Shown piece after piece: positions 41,971 to 59,488 of a stretch of 64,000 nucleotides of DNA. Made by a program: the position numbers and the translations under genes. Each line of letters begins with the position of its first letter. Within the stretch, counting starts at the first letter, position 1. Origin of the DNA: Octopus vulgaris (taxonomy: Eukaryota); contig OX597828.1 of NCBI GenBank assembly GCA_951406725.2, forward strand, positions 21,948,001 through 22,012,000, written 5' to 3'. The notes under the pieces were generated by a model. That model saw nothing but the letters and a program-made list of their open reading frames with translations, was not told the origin of the DNA and did not search any database.

Positions 41971-42361
41971 GAGCAGTTTCAAGTGAGGTCTCTGATTGTG
42001 GAAGCGGTGTACTTCTATACAATAACATGGTTTCCGAAACACGTGATTCCTTTACCGAAACCTTATTATTTCTCTCTCTCACCCCTATACTTTTTATCTC
42101 TCATTCTTCCTCTCTCACGCTTTCATCCACCCCTACACTCTATCTGTCACTTGTTACTGTGTCTAACGTCCAGCCCTCACTCTCTGCATCGCTCTTTCAT
42201 TGTCCCACTTTGTTCTGTCAGCAACATACCCTTCCAAAGATTAATGAAACAGTAACAGAGATGAAACCGGCTGTCCACCATTTTCACTCTCTTTTATTTC
42301 AAATGACCACTAAATTCACTTTTATTATTTGTCTGGGTTGCTTGGCTGTTTTTTCTTGAAT

Positions 42362-43830
<1,469 letters not shown>

Positions 43831-44245
43831 AGCAACAGCATTATAAGCACCGACCCATATCGTCATCTTTGTCTAATTCATCTCCCCGGGTCTCCGATTA
43901 TTATCATCGTAATTTGCTTGACATATTCATTATCCTTTATTAATCGCTTTCTTCCACTCTCCTCTCCCTCCACCCATTCTTCCCCTCCTTCCTTCCTTCC
44001 TTCCTTTCTTTCTCCTTCAGATATTTCCTTCTCCTCCTTCTACTCCGCAGTATCATCACCAACGTTCCCGTTTTACCACTAATAACAGCTGCTATGGAAG
44101 ACCAAGGAAACCTTCAAAAGCAGCACCAACATACACATACGTACACAGACACACACATGCATACATACACACACATTCCCTCTCATACACACATTTCATA
44201 TCCATCATCAAAATCATGACCCCCACCACTACCACCACTATTACC

Positions 44246-44479
44246 TATTTCTTTATTACCCACAAGGGGCAAAACAGGGAGGGGACAAACAAGGACAGAC
44301 ATAGGTATTAAATCGATTACATCGACCCCAGTGCGTAACTGGTACTTAATTTATCGACCCCGAAAGGATGAAAGGCAAAGTCGACCTCGGCGGAATTTGA
44401 ACTCACAACGTAACGGCAGACGAAATACCGCTAAGCATTTCGCCCGGCGTGCTAACGTTTCTGCCAGCTCGCCGCCTTT
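44246..44479 (-). mobile_element. SINE family B, full length
   Basis: Reverse complement of the 26121 copy; 17-bp TSD ctaccaccactattacc at 44229-44245 and 44482-44498. Confidence 0.9.
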
Positions 44480-45054
44480 TTCTACCACCACTATTACCGC
44501 CTCAACGATTATTACCAACTCACCTACCAGTTGTACCATCACAAACATCGACAAAAACACTAGCAACGGCAAGCTACCGATCTACTAGAAATGATGGCCA
44601 AGAATCATTCAGATCGCCACCCTTACTCTTTTTAATGGATAACGAGGGCCTCGGTCGATGGCGGTTGTCTCATCCAGAAGTCCTTTGCTCGTAGATATAC
44701 ACGATCGTTGTTGATTGGGTAAAAAAAAACAACAGCAGAAACAACAACAACAACAACAACAGTATCATTATCATCAAGAGAAGAAGTAGAAGAAGAACAT
44801 CATCATTATCATCATCAAGAAGGAGAAAAGAAGAACAACAACAACTACAACAACAGCAACAACCACAACTACATCTCATCGTCATCAATAATAATAAGAA
44901 CAACATCATTATTGTCATCAAGAATGTGAAGAAAAAGTAAGAAGAACGGTAGAAGGAGACGAAGAAAAAGAGAACGAAGAAGAACAATAACAAGAACCAC
45001 ATCGTCATCATCATTAAGAAGAAAAACATCATCATTGTCATCAATAAGGAGAAA

Positions 45055-45256
45055 AAGTGGAAGAAGAAGAAGAAGAAGAAGAAGAAGAAGAAGAAGAAGA
45101 AGAAGAAGAAGATGAAGAAGACGTAGAAGAAGGAGGAGGAGGAAGAGGAGAAGAAGACGAAGAAGAAGAAGAAGAAGAAGAAGAAGAAGAAGAAGAAGAA
45201 GAAGAAGAAGAAGAAGAAGAAGAAGAAGAAGAAAAAGAAGAAGAAGAAGAAGAAGA
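45055..45256. repeat. (GAA)n purine tract
   Basis: Direct reading. Confidence 0.95.
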
Positions 45257-45589
45257 GCAGCAACAACAACAATAATTCTTTTTACCAATGTTTCGGACAG
45301 TTGAAAGCTGTTTAAATATAATGTTTGTACATTTAATTTATTTTGTTGTCCAGTAATGGTCAAGATTGTCTTGACCAAAGCACATCAATGCCAGAATCAC
45401 TAGAGTACTAAGACCATCAACATCACCACCAGCATCACAATCCCCATCACTATCCTCATCACCATCGCCATCACCACGGCTGCCGATGTCGTCACACCCG
45501 CACCACCACCACCACAACGGCCGATGCCATCACCGTCACCAGCACTTCCCACTTCTACAATCGTCGCCATGGAGACGAATTTATTTCCT

Positions 45590-45770
45590 TTTATTCTTTC
45601 ACTTGTTTCACTCATTTCAGGACTTAATTCTTTCTAAGCCTAGTACTTAGTCTACTGGTCTTTTTTGCCGAACCGCTGGGTTACGAGGAAGTAAACACAC
45701 CAGCATCGGTTGTCAAGCCATGGTGGTGGGAACAAACACAGACAGACAAATACATACATTATATACATAC

Positions 45771-45804
<34 letters not shown>

Positions 45805-45809
45805 ACAAG

Positions 45810-45812
<3 letters not shown>
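45590..45812 (-). mobile_element. SINE family A 3' half, deleted
   Basis: cttgtttca...tttgccgaaccgct...acaccagcatcggttgtcaagc. Confidence 0.7.
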
Positions 45813-45845
<33 letters not shown>

Positions 45846-47029
45846 CACAGACACACACACGGACTGGCGACTCCATTCTATGTGGTTCTAATCATTGCGG
45901 TCATTTCTATAAAATGAAAATACGCGTAACTGGCGAAATAACTTGAAACAGTAAAATGACCAAGGCCGCCGCCACAGCTACTCCTGCTGATAATGCTAAT
46001 CCTGATGATGACGATAATGACAATGATATATATATATATATATATATATTCATATATAAATACGCACAAACACACATACATGCCCATACACACTTGCACT
46101 GCCGCCGCTTCTGCCTTTATCATCACTGTCAACAGTATCACGTCTTCCGCGCTCTTCACCCCCATGTACTCCACAGCCTTCATCGCTGGCGCCATCACCA
46201 CCCGTTTCGTCGTTATAAACACCACTAATTCGCCGCCATCAAAATTTTATTGTTGATATTATTACTTAATAGATCCCTTATGCACAATGACATGATTCCA
46301 TCGTCAGCCATACCATCATATCGATAGAGATCTCCTTCAGAAATTATTGCTACAATGATCTACAATTGTACCATCATTTCCAGTATGCCATGACCAACAC
46401 ATCGAGCACAATTAACGCTGGAGCCACGAGCACTTTGAAAAGGTCTACTACTGACGCCACCATCACGACCAGCGGTACCACTGGCAGCTTCAAGCATCAT
46501 TTAATAACCCTACTCTAACCGCCTTCATCAAGATCACCACAACTACTGCCACCGAAACCACAACACCATCGTCTCTACCATCCCCTTCACCGTTACCGTC
46601 ACCATAATGACTATCGCCATCTCCAGCACCATCACCACCATCACTATTGTCCCCATCGCCGCCTTCGTCATTACCACCCATCATCATCATCATCATCATC
46701 TTGTTCTGCTTCTTTTTCTTCTCCTTCATCATTATCATCATCATTTCCCCACCGCCTACACCACTAAAACCACCGCTATTTCCCCACTGCCATCACTTCG
46801 TCAACATCGTTATCGTCACCACTGCTGCACCTAAAACTACCATCACCGTTGTCACCCACTTCTAGCACTACCATCAACACCGCCATCACCCTCGCCGTTA
46901 ACGTCATCACCTCGACTACGACGACGACTACCATCACCGTCATTCCTCCCCACCATCTCCATCACGGGCATTTTCATCATCGTCAATGTAAAAAAGCTGC
47001 AAAAATGCCGGAGTAACTCTAAAAGTCTC

Positions 47030-47692
47030 ACACGTACACGCTCGTACATACACACACAGACACACACAAAAACATACACACACATGCACACACACAAACA
47101 CACACACACACACATACACATGCACACTCGAAGACACTCACACAAGCACACACGAACACACATGATCACACTCATTGACACACACACATACACACACGCC
47201 GCACACGAAGACAAACATGCACACACAAACAAACGCATATACATACACAAACACACACATACACACTCGAAGATACACAGGCGAAGACGCTCACAAACCA
47301 CCACACACACACACACACACACACACTCGAAAACACACGCACAGGCGCGCATACGAAGACACACGCACAGGCGCGCATACGAAGACACACATAGACATAC
47401 ATAGACACACGAAGACACACACACAAACACGAACACATACACACACACAAACATATACACATATATACACTCGAAGATACACGCGCGAAGAAGCACCCAA
47501 ACCACACACATGCACCCACAACACGACACACTCACACAAACACACACGAACACACACGATCATACTCAGACTCACACACACACACATACACACACACGGG
47601 CACGCTTTCGAACACGCACACTGACATACATAGACACACGGACACACACATGCACACACGCACACACGCACACACACACACACACACACGCG

Positions 47693-47723
<31 letters not shown>

Positions 47724-47750
47724 ATACACTCGCTCACACACACACACACA
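47030..47750. repeat. CA-derived degenerate minisatellite
   Basis: Recurrent cgaaga(c/t)acac units; 26-bp tandem acacacgcacaggcgcgcatacgaag near 47333-47385. Confidence 0.8.
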
Positions 47751-48369
47751 ATTACAGATCTGATGAGGAAAAGCCATGTTGAATTTCATGAATAGAAATA
47801 CACACTTTTATTTGTACTTGTTTCGTTGTTGTTGTTTTTTTTATATTTTGCTTCATTTTGCTTTCTTTTATTGTTTTAATTTTTTTTTGACATAGATTTA
47901 TACTCTTTAAAATATCAATAGCATAACGAATACAAAATCGGTATTTGATCATTTAAATGTTACATCGATATGAAAGGCAGAAAAATATTACCGATTTTTT
48001 TTCTTTAACAGAATAAAACAAAAAAAATATTTTTCGCCAAACTTCCATTAATCACCCATATTTCATTGAAATTTAAACCGTTAAAAATTATGTATATTTA
48101 TTTTGAAGTTGTATTTGATACCATTTAAATTAATTTATTTTTACCTCTTTGGAATCGTTTATTGCTTTATTGTTTTGTTGTTTCCCCTCTTTTGTTCTTT
48201 GTTTTTTTTTCTGTTTGTTGTTTCGTTGCCGGTGAAGCGTACTGCTATGTCCACAGCCACCATCGCTCTCGCTAACACCAACATACACTACAAACGGTAG
48301 GATCTAATTAAAGCGAATGATAATTAATACTGTCCGGCTGGTTCTTTGCCATTTGGCTGAGTGGGTTTG

Positions 48370-48560
48370 CGAGCGGTCAGGTGTTAAAAGAATCGAACTC
48401 GCAGTTGCAAAGACCAATGTTTCGATTCTCGTGGTTTGGTTGGGTGATGCGTTATGATCTTGAGCAAAACACTTCATTTCACATTGCTCCCTGAGGCACT
48501 CATTTGTAAATTAGGGACCACACGACCAACTGGCGCCTACATTATGTGGGGTTCTGATCA
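48370..48560 (+). mobile_element. Old CORE-like SINE (family C related)
   Basis: gtttcgattc B-box-like motif followed by tcttgagcaaaacacttcatttcacattgctcc. Confidence 0.5.
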
Positions 48561-48824
48561 TCGCGGTCATTTATATAAAATGAAAATGGCTTAATGACTC
48601 GAAGCAGTAATGACCACAGCCCCTGCTGCTGCTGCTGATAATAATGAGGATGACGATAATGACGATGATGAGGATGATGATTATGAAGACGACGTCCACC
48701 ACCACCACCAACACGGCGGTGAGGACGACGAAGATGATGCTGATGATGGTAATAATGAAAACCATAATGATGTGGACGTCGTCGTCGTCGTCATCATCAT
48801 CTTCATCATCAACCTCATCTTTTA

Positions 48825-48948
48825 TCTTTTATCTTTTACTTGTTTCAACATTAGACTGCAGCTGTAATGATACTGCGCCTTGAAGTATTTTAGCCGAAAG
48901 AATCGACCCTCGTATTTATTGCTGTTGTTGTTGCTGCTGTTGTTGTTG

Positions 48949-49028
<80 letters not shown>

Positions 49029-49093
49029 GAGTGAGAGGGCAGAGTATGCCATCAAAGTGACACCGGGGTAAATATACAAAGCCCAGAATACCC

Positions 49094-49145
<52 letters not shown>

Positions 49146-49325
49146 TAGTATTATTATTATTATTATTATAATTATTATTATTATTATTGTTATTATTACT
49201 ATTATTATTATTATTATTTGTAAAGTCTGGTACATATTCTCTCGGATTCTTTTGCCGAAACGCTAGGTTACAGGGACGTAATCATACTAACAGAGTTTGT
49301 GAGTGGTGGTGGGGAACAACAGCAA
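48825..49325 (-). mobile_element. SINE family A 3' half disrupted by a (TTA)n expansion and a 66-bp insert
   Basis: cttttacttgtttca...gactgcagc (48833-48915) and tattctctcggattcttttgccgaa (49220-49320) flank the array. Confidence 0.6.
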
Positions 49326-49409
49326 TCAAAAAGATACAGTCACAGGTAAATATAGACACACACACGCACATACATACATATATGCACACACACACACAAC
49401 ATATATGTT

Positions 49410-49458
<49 letters not shown>

Positions 49459-49459
49459 T

Positions 49460-49686
49460 ATTTATTATATAGAAGGAGCTTCTACAGGACTAGAACTGTT
49501 TCATTCAAGAGAAATCTTCAGGAAGCTAGTTAACAAGAATTCTTGTTAACTAGCTTCCTGAAGATTTCTCTTGAATGAAACAGTTCTAGTCCTGTAGAAG
49601 CTCCTTCTATATAATAAATTAATTTTACTCTGCTATGTATTGAGTACCTTATTTACTGTGGTTAACCCCGAATCAACCCGGGACCT

Positions 49687-49690
<4 letters not shown>
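49460..49690 (+). mobile_element. PLE-like pseudo-LTR end forming a 160-bp perfect palindrome (49460-49619) plus unique tail
   Basis: Centre gaa|ttc at 49539/49540; tail ...gtggttaaccccgaatcaacccgggacctac is also found at 56460-56534. Confidence 0.78.
49552..49602 (+). ncRNA. Type-I hammerhead ribozyme (mirror copy on - strand at 49477-49527)
   Basis: agcttc-CTGAAGA-tttctcttgaat-GAAA-cag..ct-GTA-gaagct, then AATAAA; stem II is short and closed by a U-U mismatch. Confidence 0.72.
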
Positions 49691-49733
<43 letters not shown>

Positions 49734-49749
49734 GTGTGTGTGTGTGTGT

Positions 49750-50030
49750 AGGGCTGTTTACAAAGAATCTAGGGTAAAATGTACGGTAAATTAAATTACA
49801 CGCAGACGTAAGATTAAATCAGAATGGCAAGCATATTATTATATAGGCTCTACCGAAAATTACATAAAAAGAAGTTTAGCAAATCACGAAAATACATTTA
49901 AGGATAAAAACAAAGAAAAGAGCGCGAGCTTAAGCAAACTCATTTGGTCGATTAAAGATGAAAATAAAGAATATATACTTACGTGGGAAATAATTACCCG
50001 GGCAAAAGCTTACAGTAGAGAGAGAGAGAG
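49750..50030 (+). mobile_element. PLE GIY-YIG endonuclease fragment
   Basis: Peptide YYYIGSTENYIKRSLANHENTFKDKNKEKSASLSKLIWSIKDENKEYILTWEIITRAKAY (from ~49833); not in the ORF track. Confidence 0.8.
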
Positions 50031-50360
50031 CAAGATGCGAAAAATATTAATAATGATATAAATAACACTAGCCCGAGCAAACCATGTAAAGACAGACGTG
50101 GTGGGGGAGAGTGCAAATAGTAGTAACCGAATGTATTAGGTGGCTGTACAATACAAGACAATAAAATAAATATGTTTAAAAAATCAACTAGACTATCAGA
50201 ACGAAACCTAAATTAATTAGCAATAGGCAAAAAAGGGTCACGAGTCCTGTCCATCACAATATATATATATATGATAGATACAAAAAAGTAATAATAATTA
50301 GATCCAATGAATCTGTGCTGAGAATATACTAGAAATGAAACGTTAAGATTACTCTTAAGA

Positions 50361-52076
<1,716 letters not shown>

Positions 52077-52626
52077 AAAGTCTTTGTGAAAAATTACTTA
52101 CTACAGTTTTTAAGTATAAAGATGATTCTTTTTTATTTAAATGTTATAAAATATTTTAACAAGATGCTGCTAACCGTTATCCGAAGAAGTTGTTTTCCTA
52201 GTGTGTAAGCACTTTTGATTAAGTTTTCAAACACCTACGCGCACAGAGAGACAGACACACTCACACACACACACGAATTCAATAACAATACTTTAGGCAG
52301 TCCTAGGCTACAGTAGAAAATACTTTCCTGCTAAGGTGCCAGGTAGCGAGACTGAACTCGAAATCACGTGTTTGTGAAGCAAACTTCTTACCAGACAGTT
52401 TATGTATGTATGTATGTATGTATGTATGTATGTATGTATGTATGTATGTATGTATGTATATTTATACATATAATGTGTCTGTGAATGCCTGAGACGACGT
52501 CAAACTTTCTGTGAGTTCTGACGCTAAATATTATACATATCCACATCTCAAGATAAGAATTAATTACAACGGCAATAATAACAGAATTAATAAAGTGAAC
52601 AACTATAATAATATTAATAATACAAA

Positions 52627-52717
52627 AGAAGAAGAAGAAGAAGAAGAAGAAGAAGAAGAAGAAGAAGAAGAAGAAGAAGAAGAAGAAGAAGAAGAAGAAG
52701 AAGAAGAAGAAGAAGAA
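52627..52717. repeat. (GAA)n microsatellite
   Basis: Direct reading. Confidence 0.95.
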
Positions 52718-53114
52718 TGATAATAATAATACCAGGTATCAAGATATTATTCCTTGATGTGTGCCCTTGATAAGATTAAGTCTTCCTGTTGTTTTACCAG
52801 TCACACCTTGAGCAATACAACCGCTAATCTGTACCAAATCACAGAAGGATGGCTCCAGTCTTGATTAGAATGGATTTCATTAGCAGACTTCTCCACATTC
52901 CTTACCCACGCTGAAATTCTTGGCAAAAGATTGTAATGTTCTTACGCCAAAAGAATAATAATTTCTGTTGATTTCAAAAGAAATAGACGACTTTTTTAAG
53001 TTCTTTAAAAATGTTTTTCAAGAAAAGTCAATGTCAAAAGTTTATTATATTTCGTTTTTGGATTCCGTTTGCAAGATTCTTTATGTGAGTTCGTGTGTTG
53101 AAGCATATTCTGTT

Positions 53115-53245
53115 GTGTCTAGGGAGAGTCATTTTCATTTTTGTGCCTTGTAATTTAACACACTCACCGGTAAAATTTCCACTTATTTCTTATTTGTATT
53201 TTCCTAAGGTCTTACAACCTTTTCAATAGTCTTGACTCTGTCCGA
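53115..53245. repeat. Repeat family E copy 3 (inverted relative to copies 1 and 2)
   Basis: gtgccttgtaatttaacacactcaccggtaaaatttccacttatttc. Confidence 0.65.
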
Positions 53246-53949
53246 AATTTACATTGCGTTCCTTTTTGCTTGTTTGTGCGCATGTGTGTGGGTCAGTGTG
53301 TGTGTGCCTATGCATGCATGTATGAATGTGTGTATGTATGTATATATGTATGTATGTATGTGTGTATGTATGTATGTATGTATGTATGTGTATGTATGTA
53401 TGTATGTATGCATGTGTGTATGTATATATGTGTGTGTATGCATATGTATATATGTATATGTGTGCATCTGTATGTATTCTGCATATTCATGTGCTTGCAT
53501 GTCCGTGCTTGTGTATTTTCTATGTATGTGTGTGTGTGAACACCTCTGTCTCCTTATGTGTGCATGTCTGTGTGTGTGTTTTACAACTATGTAGCATGTT
53601 TGTATGTAAGAATGTGCATTTCTATATGTGTGGACACATGTCTCCATATGTGTCCTTGTATGGAGTAAAGTATGTGTATATATGATCATGTTTTTTAGTC
53701 TCCATTTGCGTATGTGTGCTTGTCTTTTCTTATAATCTATGTACCTATCCGTCCGTATGTTGATCTGTTTATTTTCATATCCATATGTCTACATACAAAC
53801 AAAAAAAAAGAAAAAAGAAGAAAAAATGCATGTGCATATACACACACTCACACCCCCACACGCATACATACATCTATTTACATAACAGTCCACTAACTAT
53901 TCTACTCTACCTGTGTAAACTGTGGGTATAGAGGTATGATATCTACTAT

Positions 53950-54800
53950 GTATATTTCCTATTTAGTATTGGGGAGGTTTCATTTGTAAGGACGTACTCC
54001 CGAATTTATCTGAGTGTTGAGTCTTTTGGGTGCTTGGATAAGATGCGGATGTCACGTTGACCCATGTTGCCTCCATGGTGGTCTTTGACATATTGGTAGA
54101 GTATGGAGGACTGTTTTTTGTCGTCATATTGTCTCAGATGGTCATTTACTCATTCCGCAATGCTCCTAGATGTCTCCTCTATGTATGTCATATTCATGTC
54201 GTTACAAGCACCTTCTATGCATCTTATGCTGTAAACTACACTTCGAGTTCTACATTTAATGCCAGGGCTAATCATACCATGCAGTTATCATTGGTGTATA
54301 TGGTATTCTCCAATGGGTACGTCCTACATAGTTGTGATCTGACGGAGTTCCCTGGCTTTTTAACAATCTTAATGTTGAGTTTGGTCTCCTTCAGAGCTTT
54401 TCTAAAAATACGGCCTAGTTATCCATGGGCTGTGGCCTCTACAAACATCACTCCTTGATATTTGTCAGTTTTATACCACGTGTTCGCCCTGTTTGCTTTG
54501 TCACAAGTTCTTTGTATCCTATTCCATTCTTTGTTTCTATATTTAGGGCAGCAGATACCACTGATATCATTACGTATAATGTTGTCTAATTTCTTCCTAG
54601 CCCCCTTGTATACTCGAACCCCATCTTTCTGATCATATCCAGAGAACAGCATGCGGTGCATGAGGTTCTGTATATGGTTTTCCATTTCATAGGGTCCGCA
54701 TAGTGGGGACACATTGTTCATTATTCTAACTGAGTCTACTATCAGTATGTTAATTTTCATGTTGTGTGACAAAGTTGAGTTATCGTGAACAACATATAAA
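53950..54800 (-). mobile_element. Degenerate Penelope-like element (post-RT region, Cys-rich linker, GIY-YIG endonuclease)
   Basis: ORF 54419-54772 (RIMNNVS...RMLFSGY...WYK...VMFVEATAHG*) continues through stops and a frameshift as IKIVKKPG...NCMV / KCRTRSVVYSIRCIEGAC...YIEETSRSIAE*VNDH. Confidence 0.8.
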
Positions 54801-55557
54801 CCTTAATTTAAGTTAACTTAAATTTTCACGCTGAAACTGGTTAACTGCGTAATTCATCAGGGAAGAATTTTTCAAAAGATAGTTACAATTCAACGTGTTG
54901 GTTGACCTGCGACAGACTCAGGTGTGTGCGTTGTTCTTTTTAAAAAACCCAGTTATTTTCATAAATATACACGTTTAATATATTTGTGTACGTGTACGTG
55001 CATATGTAATACAAGATGGCTTTTATTGGTAGTGGCGTGGTAGTTACGGCGAAAAGAATGTTATAAAGAGAAAGAGATTAAAGAGAATGAGAGAAAAAGA
55101 TGGGTAGAAAGAGAGTGAGGGAGAGGAAGGTAACATTGGTATTTACAGGTGTAAGGTCATAGCTGAGGTTAAAATTTTCTTCTACATAGGGGCTACGCAA
55201 AATTTTGATGAAAAACACGTCTCTACACATACTTACACCTTTAATGGTAGGCACAAGTCTTCTACCAGCCTCAGTAGATTTATGTGGGACTTGAAAGACG
55301 AGCAAAACATTTTCCCGTCTAGTGTGAAATTATAAGCAAGGCAGCTGCTTATAAGCCTGGAAACACGTTTTGTTTTCTCTGTCTGGACGAATAATTTTTG
55401 ATCGTATATTCTAGGAGACGTCTCTTAAATGCAAAAATAGAGACTAGCTTTTCATGTGTTCAAGCATGAACGCATGACTCTTAAAAATTACTATTAAATA
55501 TATAATCAACATTGATGATAGGCTTAAAAAATGGTTAGTAGTTGTGATATTGATGAA

Positions 55558-55630
55558 ATAAATATAATATAATATAATATAATATAATATAATATAATAT
55601 AATATAATATGATATAAGATAATATAATAT
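55558..55630. repeat. (AATAT)n microsatellite
   Basis: Direct reading. Confidence 0.9.
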
Positions 55631-56293
55631 CTTAATTAACTGGTGTAGATGGACATTATGTCTCCTACACGTGGAAATGTATTTGTTGTTTTTTTTTTAT
55701 TATATATTCAATTAAGTACGTTTCTTATAAATATATCGTTTGAAATAATAATTTATAAAACTAAATTTGAGATGAAACATATTATCTTAATAGTAATTAC
55801 AACTTTAATGCACCTAGTTTTAATGTAAATTATCTATAAATAATACCTGGTAATATCTAGTTTTTGAATTAGTTTACAGAGTTCATATTGACGTAGATTT
55901 ACACACAAATATTGATGAAGTAATACCATTATATAGTAATTAACTAACAAGCAGTTTTGATACGTTATAGTTTGTTGTTGTCTTCAGTATTTTCACAATA
56001 CAATGAGTAGAGTTATATAACGAAATATTAATTATTAATTACAGTTATTTACACTGGTTAGAATACTGTCAACATCTAAAATTTTGTTCAACAGGTGACG
56101 TGATATGAGTATTATTATAAGAAATAGGCTGAAGTTAAGTTTTCGTGTATCACTGCGTACCCAAACTCAACCACACTGATACTCTGTTTCTGTCTCCGTC
56201 TCTGTCTCTGTCTCTCCTTCACACACACACATGTACATAAGTATACATCTATATGTGTAACTATATGTATGAAAGTATATATGTGTGTAAATA

Positions 56294-56343
<50 letters not shown>

Positions 56344-56344
56344 T

Positions 56345-56531
56345 ATATATAGAAGGAGCTTTCAGATAGAACTGTTTCATTCAAGAGAAATCTTCAGGAA
56401 GCTTCCTGAAGATTTCTCTTGAATGAAACAGTTCTAGTCCTGTAGAACTCCTTCTATATATAAATTAATTTTACTCTGCTATGTATTGAGTACCTTATTT
56501 ACTGTGGTTAACCCCGAATCAACCCGGGACC

Positions 56532-56534
<3 letters not shown>
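56345..56534 (+). mobile_element. Second copy of the 49460-type PLE-like end, palindromic about aag|ctt, with hammerhead motif at 56401-56447
   Basis: Same CTGAAGA...GAAAcag..ctGTA motif and same tail; different fold-back point (56401/56402); arms carry small deletions. Confidence 0.75.
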
Positions 56535-56596
<62 letters not shown>

Positions 56597-56856
56597 CTGA
56601 GATGTGTTGTATATTGCTAATTAAAAATGTCATCTACTTGTGCTTACAATAGATATTATATATATATATATATACATACTACATCTATGAATATTTTATA
56701 TACATACGTGACAATAAATGTGTGTTCATATATATATAAACATGTACATATATATAGACACAAACACACAAACACACACACATATGCATATATGTATATG
56801 ATTATATAGATAAATATGTATGTATGTATATGTGCATATATATATATGTATGTATG

Positions 56857-56927
<71 letters not shown>

Positions 56928-56943
56928 GTATACAGTATGTATA

Positions 56944-56985
<42 letters not shown>

Positions 56986-57442
56986 TGAGCATACATACAC
57001 ACAAAATATAATTTATGGCGATAATTGTGCTCCAGAATATTCCAATTGAGTTAGCAAAATATGAGACATTAATACATATATATACAAATGCATACCTTTA
57101 TGTATACTCATGTATATTATAGTACATAATTATATACAATGAAACATATATTTGTATCAAGTGAGGTTTTCGTGTTGCAATGATTTCCGAGAAAACTTCT
57201 CGCTAATTAGTGTGTAATTTGGGGAATTAATCAGAATATATGCTGCTAAATTCCTTTGTAATCACCTTCATGCATTTTGTAAAGGAAGAAAAAAAAAAAC
57301 AATTATTTTCTCTGGCTGATCTTGAATACATTGAAGCAGTGAACAATATTTACGTTCAATCATGTGGAACAGAGGTAAAGACACACAGTCAGATACACAC
57401 ACACACATGCATGCATGCACACACGCTGTTGCAATTTCTATC

Positions 57443-57590
<148 letters not shown>

Positions 57591-57634
57591 GCATCTATAT
57601 GTTGGAATATATGTATATTTATATATACATATAC

Positions 57635-57685
<51 letters not shown>

Positions 57686-57859
57686 TATCTTCCATTATAG
57701 AGAGACGTATACAAATATATCAATGTATCTTAATAGATATATGTATATAAGCAAATGTATTAACGCATATATATATATATGTATACATTATAAATGCATT
57801 TGATATTTACATATGTGTGTGTGTATATATATATATATCTAAATATGTTTGTGCGTGTG

Positions 57860-57914
<55 letters not shown>

Positions 57915-58019
57915 TAGATGTAGTTGAATAATAGAGAGAGAGTTGTACATATACAGTTATATATATGCACATATATATGTATATATGTATACACACACAC
58001 ACACACACACACACAATAC

Positions 58020-58067
<48 letters not shown>

Positions 58068-58085
58068 TATATGTCTGTGAATATT

Positions 58086-58156
<71 letters not shown>

Positions 58157-58553
58157 CACAGATGTGTACGTGCAATCGCCATGTTTATATATGTATAAAC
58201 ATTGTATATAATCTTCATGAAATATACCTAAATTTAGTTTTCAAGTGTGTCTCGCAAGACATATAATTTACGAGTAATATAATTTATTTGTTTACTTGGA
58301 TTATCGCTGGAACACGTGAGGCTCAATATTGCAGTGTTATATTGAAAGAATATGTGCTCCCATATTGCATATGTCTCTGTGCAACCGTATGCATATGCTT
58401 TTGTGTACCAGTTTATGTGTGTGGGTGTGAGTGTGTTTTTATATATTGCGTGAGTGTGTATCTGATGTGTGAATCTGTATTTGATGTATCTATGAGCTAG
58501 CCAATTCCTGTCTGTCTCACCCTAACATTAGTGTCTGTGTTATATATATATAA

Positions 58554-58606
<53 letters not shown>

Positions 58607-58756
58607 CGTGCGTGCGTGAGTGTGTGTGTATTTCAGCTCCCTTTTGAACTTCCGATAAAGCAAGATTCGTCACAAGAACAGAAGTATGACTGCATTTAAC
58701 CCAATAATAAAAACAGTTACAATTTACTGATGTTCATGACGTAATTACTTATTCCC

Positions 58757-58831
<75 letters not shown>

Positions 58832-59035
58832 TAAAGAGAGATATAGAGAGAGAAAGAGAGAGAGATATATACACGCATGCATACATCGCGCTTATGTAAT
58901 ATCTGGTACTTATTTTAAGTACCAGACATTTTAAGTACCAAACTGCTAATTTACAGAGAAGTGAGTACATCTCCAAACCCTGTCAATCGTTGGGAGCAGG
59001 ATAAACACAAACGCCTATATATATATATATAATAC

Positions 59036-59160
59036 TGAAAGCACAAGGCCTCAAATTTTGGGGAAAGGATTAAGGCGATTATATCGACCCCAGTATGTAA
59101 GTGGTATTTATTTGATCGACCTCGAAAGGATGAACGGCAAAATTGACCTCAGCGGAGTTT
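59036..59160 (-). mobile_element. SINE family B 3' half
   Basis: gcacaaggcc...atcgaccccagt...cgaaaggatgaacggcaaa. Confidence 0.75.
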
Positions 59161-59194
<34 letters not shown>

Positions 59195-59205
59195 GATATA
59201 CAATA

Positions 59206-59488
59206 TGTTTGTTCCTTCTCGAGTCAAGCCTGTCTCATTAGGGTTTCCCGGTTTCCTTGGCGTATAGGTTCCCCACCTAGATGGGACTCCAGCTGCAAGA
59301 TGCAGAACGAAAAAGCGAGAGAAAGTTGTGGCGGAAGAGTCAGCAGAAGTTCGTCTTTACTTCCTGCCGGAGCCGCGTGGAGTTTATGTGTTTCGCTCAT
59401 AAACACACACATCGCCCGGTCTGAGATTCGAACCTGCGATCCCTCGACCGCGAGTCCGCTGCTCTAACCACTAGGCCATGTTCCTCCA
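59206..59488 (-). mobile_element. SINE family D with tail type iii
   Basis: Near copy of 14100-14387 with a complete head. Confidence 0.82.

Noticed and set aside
49537-49542. EcoRI and HindIII sites at palindrome centres as evidence of ligation artefacts
   Set aside because: Any perfect palindrome has a palindromic hexamer at its centre, and the two sites differ
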